A stretch of DNA of 64,000 nucleotides, from assembly GCA_012295275.1 (NCBI GenBank), contig CM022665.1, forward strand, positions 36,890,001 to 36,954,000, in the 5' to 3' direction. The translations under genes were made by a program, and so were the position numbers. This DNA is from Chrysomallon squamiferum (lineage: Eukaryota; Animalia; Mollusca). Of this stretch, positions 25,401 through 37,700 are shown one piece after another. The first letter of the stretch is position 1. Every line of letters begins with the position of its first letter. The notes below the pieces were generated by a model. That model did no database searches. It was not told where the DNA came from and saw nothing but the letters and a program-made list of their open reading frames with translations.

Positions 25401-28400
25401 AGTGTCATCTTTTAAACATTTTTAATTGACATTTTAATTATTGCTGCTTGAAAGGGTTAAATCGAGCATTTTCTACTTTAAAAACGAATGAAAACTGACA
25501 CACAGTTTTTTAAATTAGTTCATATTATTTGTACTTGTAAACAAGTAACATTGTTTTGTTATTTCAGATTTCTACCGTCATCAAATTTCAGTTTGAAGTT
25601 ATGTATCTGCTTGCATATTACTGGATATAAAATCACTATTAGTAAATGGTTTCAGTTGCATTTACTTACAGTAAAGCAAGAAATATAGAGCTGTTTATGG
25701 AACATATATATATTTTAGCTGGAAATGTATTTAATTTAAAAAAAAAAAAAAAATCGGCTTTCATTATGAATTCGGCTCAAACATTTTAATATATTTTTAT
25801 GAAAGTCATTGTGCTTGCAAAATTTATGATGCAAAATGTTTAAAAAAAAAAAAATTAAATTAGAATCTTTGTTTTACTCTGTTAAATATTATTAGTCTCT
25901 GATTGTTCCCACTAAAGCCAATATTTTATGCCATTTAATTTACATCAGGGACTTGTGTTAGTTTTTTTAATATTTCGTCACATCCATATGTGTACTTAGA
26001 TAATTTTATGCAGATAGTTTAAAAAAAAAAAAAAAAAAAAAAAGCAATCTAATCAATCGAAACTGCATCCACATAACATGTTATTTGTTAGTACCTTTAC
26101 AGATGTAATTGGCATAATAACTACAAGACTTGAAATTTGAATTAACCACGAACATTTTGTTCGTTTTCTTTGAATTTCTATCAAGGATATTGTCTTTTAT
26201 CTAAGGGGAAGTTTTTTTCTTTGAAATTTTATATATAATTGTGGTGATGGGTTTCTTATTTCCAATTAATGAAAAAACGCCAACAGATTACATCTAGCAA
26301 ATAATACTGATGATCTTTCTTTTTAAAATTATTTAAAAAAAAAATGTTTTATGATATCTGTATTCCTTGATTCTTACACAATGTACAACGGTTCATTTGA
26401 AGTTACAACAATCCGTGTGACTATTTTTAAAGTGACACATAATTAAAGATCTCACATTTACAGTGTCAGTCAGCCGTGACACTAGTTACAATTATTTATT
26501 TTAGAAGCTGAGTCTTAAATCTGATTTCTGTGATACTTAGTCAGATTAGTTGAATGAAATATCATAATCATTTCAATTCTTTTATTAGTGTACTGTTTTG
26601 GAAATGTTTTTTAAAGAAGTATAAAGAGAAGCCAGTATGCAAAACAGCATTCTCATTTCTTCTTTTTTCACTCTGTAATACAAGAGAAGATGTATTCTTT
26701 TGTTTTCAAGTATCAAAATGAAATTTACTATTTATCATATATTTATCTTCTTAATGTATTGATTATATGACAGATTTTTTAATAAATATATATATATATA
26801 TATATATATATTATTATTATTATTTAATAGTTGGACTATTGAAAATGTTGATTAGTGGAATGTGTGTATATATATATATGTATCAAAGCAATTACATGTG
26901 TAGTGTTGTAAGTTATATTTTTATTGTATATCAGTCATGTTACCTTAATGTCGGATGTTAATTACAATTCCAGTTTTATGGAAAATATTTTAACTTCAGC
27001 GTTTCTTAATTTTTCCTCAGATTTACTGAATGAAATTACAAATTTTATGTTTCATCATAGTGATAGTAAAATAAAACATTGCATCTTCCTATTTCAGAAT
27101 TTATTTCATATAAAATCTCTGTTAGTGTCAAATTATTTATTTTTTAGATAATAGGATTTTCATCATTTTCAAAAGCATCTTGTAAGCAATATCAGAAACT
27201 TAGTTTAAACAGAGATTAACTTAAATTTTATAAATGTTCATTTTTAAGTGTGATAACTGTAATGATAATAAAGTGCATTTCAGTTTTATTTCTGATTTTA
27301 TTAATTTCATTTTCAGGCAGAACATTTTTATAATTCTTTCTTTCATAAGGATAGTTTAGTAAAGAAATCATTTGAAATTTAGTCATCAGTTTAGACTACT
27401 CTTGTGAACTGAAGATAAATTTCTTGCTATCATTTGTACCTTGTATTCAAAAAAAAAATCTAGGATAAGAATTTTCATACTTTCTGTAACATGAATAGTA
27501 TTTTCTAAATATCTGACATTGTTTCGCCTGAAATAATTTCAAAAAATACATACCTGATATACAAAACTTATCATAATGTGCCTTCTATTTTATAAAAGAT
27601 TTAGGGTTTAAATTTAGAAATTTGTTATATATATATATTTTTTTTTAATACGTTCTTTCTGACTTGAGAGATAAAACTTTATTAATTGGGATAAATTATT
27701 TTTAATATCTAAATTTTATTTAGTTCCCAGTTCTTGGTATGTTTTATAGAATTCGGATTAAAGTTAAATAATCTGCATAAATGATTGATTTTAAAGTTTT
27801 GCACTGAAAGTGTAATAGTTACACTAACCATAAAAGGAAATTATTTTACTAAGTTGAGCCTATTAAATACTCAGGTTTAAATATTAAATTTCATTAGTGT
27901 AAAATTATAGCTCTACAGAGTTATTTCATCTTTTTGAAAGAACCCATAATTTTTAATTTCACCATCTTAGTATTTTACGTTTGTAAATGTGTATCACTGA
28001 AGTACATTGTTTGATGTATTGTTACTGGACCATTGTTTTTATTTTGAATTGTTGAGTGGCCATTGTTTCTTAAGACTGATGTATATTTTACTTAAAGGTT
28101 AATGTTGCCAAAGGTTTCCACACTGTTTGTGTCAGCTGAAGGAAATGATTTATTACTTGTTTTAGTAACAATTATCTTCATATTTTATCTCATGATGGTC
28201 AGATATTTGTTTTTCAAAATGGTAGAATAGTTGGTGAAATCCAGATTGTGCTGCCATTGTATTTATGTCTGCATGTATATAAATGTATAGCTTAGCGGTC
28301 ATGTTTTGTATTTATTAATATTCAAACCAACTCTTTTTATTTTTTTTATTTTTATTTCAATCTTATTATGTATGATAGTAAACAAAGAAATATTTATTCA

Positions 28401-29505
28401 AAAATAAATTAAAATTGTTCAGATTTTAACAATTGTTTGTTATTTTTTTCTTAGTATTTCACAAAGGGGTAAATTACACCATGATGCAGTGATCAGTAAT
28501 AAAGGTTTCCATACATTTTCCCATGAAAAGACTAACCAGGACCAGCCCAAAGGCATTTTACTATCGGTACCATAACTTGACAGCTGTGGATATTTCTGTT
28601 GTCAGTTCTTTTTCAGTTTTATCCCATAAAATTAAGAATTAACCAGATTCGCAACAGTTTGACAACACTTGTGGAATTTCCCCCTTTATATTTTGAAAAT
28701 CTCAAATATATTAGGTGGCACCCCAGGGCAGATGCCCAAGTTACTGATACATTCAACCAGACCTGCTAATAACCAGATTCTTTGTCCAGTTTGGGGCACT
28801 TCCTGGAACAACAAATATCCCAATGGCAGCAGTTGGTGATGCTATCCGAATTGATCCTGCAGGATGATAATGGCCTGTAATCCCATGCTAAGACTAGTCC
28901 ACTATGTAGTTCAAGGTAATAATGAGTGATATTATTTTCACAAAGTTCTAGTTGAGTCAATACTACATAACAAAGACAAAGTGTTTCACTGTAAATCATT
29001 ACATTTAGGAAGGCTGTGTTCTTCATAATCAATAATTTTTGTGGGAGAACTTGTTTTGATGATAGCTTGCTCAGAAAGAAAAGCTAATAACTGGACAGCC
29101 CAAATATGTTTGTATACACAAATTCCATGAAAGAAAAAAATATTTTGATTAAGAACATATTTAATAAAAAAAAAAAAAATCTAAGAAATAATTTTTTTTT
29201 TTTTTTTTAAAGATGCTTATAGTCCTTTGTGTTACATCTTTCACATGTGTGCCAAGGTGTCATGAAATGCTCATTTATTCATTCATTCAGAATCTGAAGC
29301 AGTATTACCAGTATCTTGTATGGGGAGTAAAAGGTAACATCATCCTTTAAAAAATTAGACAAGAGCACCTTGCAACAATTATTTCCTTTCAGCATCATCC
29401 TGTACCAGATTAATCTACCGTTTCAGTAAATTTCTTAACTATCACTGTTTTCTCAACATTTGGGTAAAACCAAAAAGTTATATAAACTAAAATAGAAGCA
29501 TAATA

Positions 29506-29787
29506 CAGGTTGAAAATTCCTTATCCAAAAAATTCTCAAATCTTTTACTTTTTCCTAGCAGCTGAAATAGTGATATCTTACAGCTTTCAGATAGTTTTGC
29601 TTGTACAAATTTTATTTTATGCACAAAATTATTACAAATATTATATAAAAATAAACCCACCTGTATAAGCTGTATATAAAATATAAAGATAATTTTTATT
29701 TATACAAGATCGTAATGTCAGACTATCTCCATATATTCCAAAATACGAAATATTTCCAGTCCTAAGCATTTAAGGATTCTCAATCTG
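29506..29787. mobile_element. pogo/Tigger-type MITE (Tigger4-like)
   Basis: Starts TA|CAGGTTGAAAATTCCTTATCC and ends with the degenerate inverted end AAGGATTCTCAATCTG. Internal ATGCACAAAATTATTACAAATATTATATAAAA and TATTCCAAAAT resemble the remembered Tigger4 consensus. Confidence 0.7.
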
Positions 29788-30894
29788 GAAAAACAAAAGC
29801 CAACAATATTTGTGTTTTTGAAACTACAATATTTATTAACAATAAAACACAAAATTTCTTGATTCCAGCCAATGTTATTTGATGACTAAAATGATGACCA
29901 TGATAGGACCATTTTTAACCTATTTCTATTCTTAAAATTTAAACTGTCTTAATTAATCTAAAAATATGACCAGGTTTCACAAGTTGAAATGATGATACAA
30001 TATAAAGCCATTTTTAAACTATCTGGGTTCTAAAAATTTAAACCATCTTGATTCACCCAAAAACTATCATGAAGCTAAAATTAAGCTGTATTGTGAAGAA
30101 AATACATTTTTATTAATTTTTGGTTATAAAAATAAAATTACTGCAGTTTATTTATTCATTTATCTATTTCAGTGTTATTTCATTTCATGTACATCCTATT
30201 CAAACTTGGTTATCTTTTTCATTATATGTTATTTATGTATTAAAATACAGCTAAACCTAACTAACCAAAAATAACAATTTAAATTTAAAAAAAAACAAAT
30301 CAAAAATTCATTTAGTTTTTACTTAACAATCTCTAACAGACATAAGCTAAGGTTTGAAAAAACCCACAATAAATTTCAACCATTGTTGTGTGTGTTTATT
30401 AAACATAATTAATGAACTTTATTGAATTTTGTTATAATTTAAACTTTCTTTTCCAACTTTATATCAAGATATCCAAATCCAGCCAGATCTGAACTGACCT
30501 GTTTTATCCAGTAACATTTAAAAAATGTCCAAATAAAAAATTCTTTAAAATATTATTTTATTTAGTTTTGAACTCAGAAGAATTTATGAAATGCCCAAAA
30601 GAATTAAAAAAAAAAAAAAAATTGTAACAATAACAATAGAAAGTTTCTGAAGCAGGCCTTTTCATAGTTAAAAAAAAAGACCACGCACAAAACCTAAGTA
30701 ATAATAAATTTCAATAAAACTGCTTGCGTTCCACGTACAATTGTAGGTCACATGAAATGATGATGAATTCCAATAAGAAAGAGAATTCAAATGGCAAAAA
30801 TAATTTAAAAATAAAACTAGTGTAGGTATACAGAATAATAACAAATATTTCAATAAAAATTCAAGAAATATCACTAGAACATTTTTCTTAATTA

Positions 30895-30896
<2 letters not shown>

Positions 30897-30929
<33 letters not shown>

Positions 30930-30930
30930 A
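30897..30930. repeat. (AAAT)n microsatellite
   Basis: Direct tetranucleotide run. Confidence 0.9.
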
Positions 30931-33900
30931 AACATTAATAACATTAAATTAGCACTGTAACAAATATTTTCATTTTAGTTTAGATTTTAACAATAAAAAT
31001 AAAATTTATCTGAAAGTTAGTTGATTTTTTCTTTAAAATTTTATATTAATCTTTATCATTACAAAATATGGCAGTAAAAACATTAACTTTGTGTGTCACA
31101 TCACTATTTTGAACAAATACATCATTTAAAATCAGGATATAAAGACACTGTTATTTTTGTCACAGGTTAATATCATAGAATTTTAAGCTAGTCAAGACAA
31201 AGAAATTAAACAAGTGGAGAAATATATTCATCTAGATTCCCCAGATGCATTTTTTTATATTTCTTACCCACAATAATTTCTAATTTATACATGTTTTTTC
31301 AAAAAATTTGTTTCAATGCATACATTTATTTCATTTTGTTGTGGCAACATTCAGAAACACTTTGTTTTATGTGATTACTAAACTTAAAAAAAACAGTCAC
31401 TGAGGAAAACCATGAATATGAATGGTGAATGAATATCACAAATGTGACACACAAATATGAGACAGAAAATCAAGTAATACAAAATACTTTTTTAACATTT
31501 AAAATAATCATAATCATAATCATCATCATCATAATAATAATAATAGTAAAAAAACATCTGTGTTTAAAAAAGAGTGAATAAATGAAGAAAAAACTAAATT
31601 CAATGGAATAAATGGACACCGGTTTGCTTTTAGTACTAAAACATTTCTTTTTTAAACAATTCACAATGAACGTCACAGGTACAAACACAAATAACATGAA
31701 AATGATGATGATGATGATGATGACAATAATAATATAGAAACAAAACCCACAAATAAGCCATTCATTCTTCTGAGACATTCATTTCATTTTAATATTTTTA
31801 CATCTGCTAATGCCGTTTAGTAAATATATATAAAATTTTTTTATATAGATAGATAGATAGATAAAACAAAACCTGTTGTATGAGCATGCTTTGTGCTGTT
31901 GAATACAATAATGCATCACTAGTTGATGCTTTTTGAATCCAAATATACAGTTTAAATTTTTAATAATTATTTACTAATATGCTCTTGTCATTTCAAACAT
32001 TCACAATCATGCTTATAACACTTGCACATGCTTTCTTTCTTTAGCCCTCTTTGTTGCCACTTTTTCTTTCACCCAAAACTTGCTCTCTTAACTTTCCCAC
32101 TCAAACACACAATTCACCAGACCAAAACAAACCAGTAACAAAATATTTGTTATTCTTCAAACACAGTAAATATTTCAACAAATATAATAAAGTAAATAAT
32201 ATACCTACTTACCCACCAATGGTAAAATCATCACCTTTTTAAACATGATCACATTCTATTAACTAATTTCTTATGATCAAATTCGTAACTGCAAATTAAA
32301 TTTAAAAAAAAAAAAAAAAAAAAAAAGGTCCTATGGTGCTGTATTTAAAAAGTGTGTATATACATTATTCTGTAAATATATACAAATTGTACAATTTCTA
32401 AAAGACTTACAAATTTCCAATATTTTTTTGTTTTGTTTTTTTACATACAATTATTGTAACAAGTATTTATCAGAAACAGATCTAGCAATAATGGTAAAAT
32501 AACAAAAATTACTTCTTTTTTTTTTATTGTAAAAGAATACTGTTCACACATCAATGTAAATAAATATGAAAATCATATATTTGTCCTCTCAAAGGACTGA
32601 CGTTATGAACAATATCATCAACTTTCTAAACATTTCAAAAGTAAAATAAAGTATGTATCAAATTTATTTATTTTCAAATTTGTACCTTTGAAACAAAAAC
32701 TGAATGTACATATCTTATCTCTTGCAATTTCTGAATAATTTATTCTAATTAAATGTGTCTACTTGCCACATATAGTTACATTTCACTGTTTATTTATCAA
32801 CTGTAGCAGAATTATCAAACTAATAAATTGTTTTATGAGAAAATAACCAAAAGAAATTTCAATTAAAATGAAAAGGTAATGTTTTCAGTGCATAATATAG
32901 TTTGAAGATCATACATGATGTTTTATGTTAAACTGGACGGATGCAGGTGATGAACTTTGTTTAAATGTGTGACAATACTGTTTAAAAAAAAAAAGAGTTA
33001 AAGTCCTTTTTTTCTCTTCAACTTTATCCTAACCATATTAAAATTACAAAGCTATTTTATTTCTTTAAAAAAAAAAAAAAAAAAAAAAATTAAAGATGGT
33101 TTGGTCTCTCTGTGGAATGTATATTTCAGTTTTAACTTAATATTACTGTCACTGTAACTTCTTCTTCAGATATTACCAAATAATATTTATTTATTAAAAA
33201 TTGCCATTAATTAATTAGTAAGATTTTGCAAAAGTGAAATTAATTATTACAGACTATGACATTTTCAGTAAAAGGATTATTATGTATTTAAAGAGTACAA
33301 AAAGAATTACATTACTGTTTTTTCCATTTACAAAATAGACAACAATAAGTGATGCAAATGAATTCTGGAAACTAAATTTCTGCTTAGACTCAGATTACCG
33401 GTATTAATAACTGTGACAAATGAATAAAATTTATAGCAAAATTATAACAAGTTAATTTCAAAATACGACAAATGATATTAATAAATATCACCAATAAAGA
33501 CAATTTTAAACAAATAACAAAAACAATGGGAGCTGAATATTACTCATCCCCACACCCATTTTCCATCTCTGACTAGTGTTAATAATGTGGGAAATTTCAT
33601 TTTAAATCTGTCAGCACAGCTACAGTTTTTGATTACATAACTGGGTTCTTTTTTTTTTAAGTTAGTTTTGTTTGTTTTTGTTGCTAATTATATATTTCAA
33701 GCTATTAATATTAAATATTATAATTTTTTAAAAAGAAATGTGTATATTCTGTCTCCAGTTCCATTTTGTAACAATAACTATTACTCTTATTAAATCTATA
33801 AATCCTTTTATGAGATCATTCACATTGATTACGTATTAAAATATTTGCTTTAAAAAATGTTAACAAAATATAGGTCAATCAAATTCCTATAAATTTGAAA

Positions 33901-34787
33901 TTTCATTTTAAAACATATTTAATTTTAATAAATGTAGCAATACAATTTTAATTCTGATTTAACCACTGAAATGTTTTTTGTATCAATTTCACACTTAGTC
34001 AAAAAGAAATAGATGAAATTAAAAACAATATGTACACACAATGTAAAATACCAAGCTTAAAGTGTATGTACATTCATGAAAATAAAAAGGAAATAAAAAT
34101 CAGTGCATTAAAAATTCAACCTGATGAACAGGAATGAAAGACAATATTTTAAAATGTCTTCTATATATAATTTTTTTTTTTCTCTGCTAATTAATATTAC
34201 TTATTAATGTATGCTTGCAGATATTTCATTCCACTTTCCAATCAGTAATATTTTTCTCCAATCTTTTATTCCTGGCAAGAACCACTATATTCATATTTCT
34301 TTTTGTATCTGTTAACAACTTGCAATTTTGTCACTATCTTTTGTACAAATATACAATCTTTTCTTTTTTTTTTAATTTTTTTCTTTTTTTTAAATATTTT
34401 AAATTATAACAATTTCATTTTCAAAGAATCAAAAGTGAATGTCATGAACAGCACATATGTGTATTACTGATGTGGCACCTATTAAAACACAGGAATTGCG
34501 GTGTGATGTAAACAATTCTTTATGAAAGAATCACCCATCTGTTACATCAGTATATATCTCTATAAAATGTCAGTATATTACACTTTGTGAAAAGATGGAC
34601 GAAAAGACATCTTTTCAAACAGCTATGGACAGCAAAAAATATTTTGAAAAAAAGAGGCATAATGATTGATAAATGACATTTAAAACAATAATAATAAAAT
34701 AATCATAAATGATTTTTTTTTTTAAAACTGATAATAAAATGTTTTTTTTAATATTTAACAGACTAATATTTATTTTAAATCATCAAT

Positions 34788-37700
34788 TTATTCTCTACGA
34801 GACCGTTTCCGCATTCCTCCCGATGTATCAACATCACTTGTTCTCTTTCCACCACCATGTTTCAGATGGACCTGTGACTGAGCAGTAAGCTGTAATTTGA
34901 TTGCACTAGAATTCAACTTAGTCGAAGTTAGCAGTTTCTTCAGTCCCTTCATTTTCTCACTGCGAAGTTCCAGCTCAACTGGATTGCAATTAGAAAACAA
35001 GTCCTCATCAATGTCACGCTCATCTAGTACCTGCTTCGTTTCTGTCCCTTTCCGACACAACATCATGTCAGCTGGGCTCTCTGCCTTGAGCATTGTCTCA
35101 ACAGTCAGCCCCATAAATGTGGTCCCATTTGACTGAGAACTGAGAAATTCATTTAAATCTACCCGGGGGATCAGGTGTTGTCGACGATGATGTTGTGACT
35201 GTAGCTGATGTTGTTGTTGTCACTGATGTTGTAAATGGCTCACCAACACCTAGCAAGTAGTCTTTATTCAATATAGAAACACCACAAGCTTCAGTGAGGG
35301 CTGCAATGTTTGGGTTTGGACTATCATTTTTTGCATCATCACCAACTTTAGACACCAAGTCCTCAATAGTTGATTTTATTTGTTCCTCCTCAGTCTTTCC
35401 ATTAAGATAAATACCATCACTCTTACACGTTCCATTTTCTATTTTCTTACCATCAGATATTTCATCCTTGAAATCATTTATTGTACTTTCCGTTCCTTTT
35501 GATTTTTTACGTCCTCTCCTACTCTTTATGTTACTGGAAGGTGTGCTACTAACAGATGTATCTTTACCCGTCGACATCATCGCCAACTTCTGAGTTCGTG
35601 TCACTATCATTCTCCTCTGCACCCTGAACATGTACATCCAAAAAAGACCGAACCCGTGGATCAAATTTAGACAAAGAAAACACAAGTTTAACAGCCCAGC
35701 CAACGTGAAGTACTGGTGTGGAACTTCCTTCTTCCCATTCACAAATGCCATCATAGAAACGCAAAATGTCAGCATATACCTCAGGATCAAGAAGCAGAGG
35801 AAGTTCTGTTGTGTCCATTTTCCGACACTCATTACCTACATCACGCACAATCTTAGGAATCTGTTCATTAGCAATGTCAAGAAACTCCTTATAGATTTCT
35901 TCATCCTCACGATTATAATTATATCTGAAAAATAAAATACATGTTTTATTACTTATTGGTAAAGAAGTTTAAGAGTGAAAATAATCATGTTTTTATTTCT
36001 GTTGCCTATGAAACAATACAGTTCAAGTATATATTACAAGTGAATAAATGTGCAAGAAGATAAAAATTGTCACCACAATTACAGTTGGCAATAAAATAGT
36101 AGAAAACATTCAAACACTTGAATGACATCAACCTGTCTACAGCAGACTGGTATATGCATTTCTCTGATAAATTAGAACTAATCAGTTCACTGTATCCACA
36201 ATGTTATAAAAATTAAGGAGAAATGGCAGCATCAAGATGTTTTTAAATTTCTCTTAATGTAACACAGAAGTATGCAAAATATATTTAGACTGGTTTTTTC
36301 AATATCACCAAAGGTACATCTACATTCAAAAATAAAAATATTGCTTTAAAAAGGTTTTATAATACAGTTCCTAATTATTTAGGCAGAATTAAATTCAGTT
36401 AAAACTAAGTATGAAAATAACAAAGATATTTGATAAAAATGAGGATCAGGCTGTATCAAATATTTCTCTTTTTTTACTTTTTCACTACGGATGTTGCATC
36501 AGCCCAAGCTTTGATTGCGCCTTTGTATTGGCGTTTCCGAGACAGGTAGCCACCAAGGTACGTGTATGGATAAACATGCTGACTGTTGTAATATTTCTGT
36601 GTTGCTTTGATAGCTTCATGGAACAATTCTATTGGCTGTGGTCGATTTGGTGTTTTACTTATTTCTTCCAAATCACCAAGGTTACCAAGAGCCATAGGGT
36701 ATCTGAAAATTTGCAGAATTATTTTCAGATGTGCAAAATTTAAATCTGCCATTAAAAAATAAGCATTTATCAAATCAGTTTACAATATATTTAAGATTTC
36801 TTAACAATACCTATAATTTAACTATATTTTTAAAAACATTTTTTTAGTATTATTTTCTAAACTATTAACTATATAATTTGACCAATTTGCATTTAAAAAA
36901 AGTTTCATAAATGGAAATCAGGAAGTAAATAAGGACATTTATAAATTTACAAAGAACATTTACAAAGACATTTATAAATACATTATTTATACCATTGTAC
37001 TTCAAATCAACAATCACTTTCATTCTAGAACTGAAAATATTCGTTGTTAAAAATAAGAATGGGTTGACAAACAAAAGTTCAAAAAATCATTCACAAATAC
37101 CACTTAACAGAATATATTTTTTCATACAAATAAAAAATAAATTTTAAAATTTAAGAAGAAGAGAGAAGAAATTTCTAAGGAATACGGTAAAATACCATGC
37201 CATGAATTCAAAATATTTCTTATCAGTATGAACATCCTACCTTGCCAAATGTCCCTTGTCATAAAGTAACCAAAGTAATTCCTGTAAGAAAAAAAACAAA
37301 ACAAACTCAGTGATGTATACTCAAGTTAAAATTCATTATGTCTAGTTATTTTGTTCAGATTATGCTGTACCTGTGTTAAAAACAACATATCCTTACACCC
37401 AGTTCATAAAATTATTTCATTTACAAATTTAATTACACTCTGATATAGTTAGTAATCATTTTTCCTTAAAGAAAAAAAAAGTTAAGTATAATCATTTTGT
37501 TTAATTAATATCATTATTAATGAAAACATTAGATAGAATTACATACTGTCATATACAGTGCAAATAAAAAAGAATTAAATTTTTGTTTTAAAGTTGGTAG
37601 ATAAACTTAAAGTGTCAGTACTGGTCATGAAGCATTATCACAAAGTCTGATACCTTCTGATTATTTATTAAGGGGACAAGCTAGGTGAAAAATTGTTTTT

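Noticed and set aside
28540-28920. GC-richer MITE-like patch between the convergent 3' ends
   Set aside because: Could not define paired termini, a TSD or a coding motif.
34788-35848. Three separate genes or a MEN1 pseudogene
   Set aside because: The pieces are collinear parts of menin, and all other exons and splice sites are intact and conserved.
34897-35935. Antisense ORFs over coding exons (also 2870, 22116, 41722, 52112, 57481)
   Set aside because: Shadow ORFs of real exons with no independent support.
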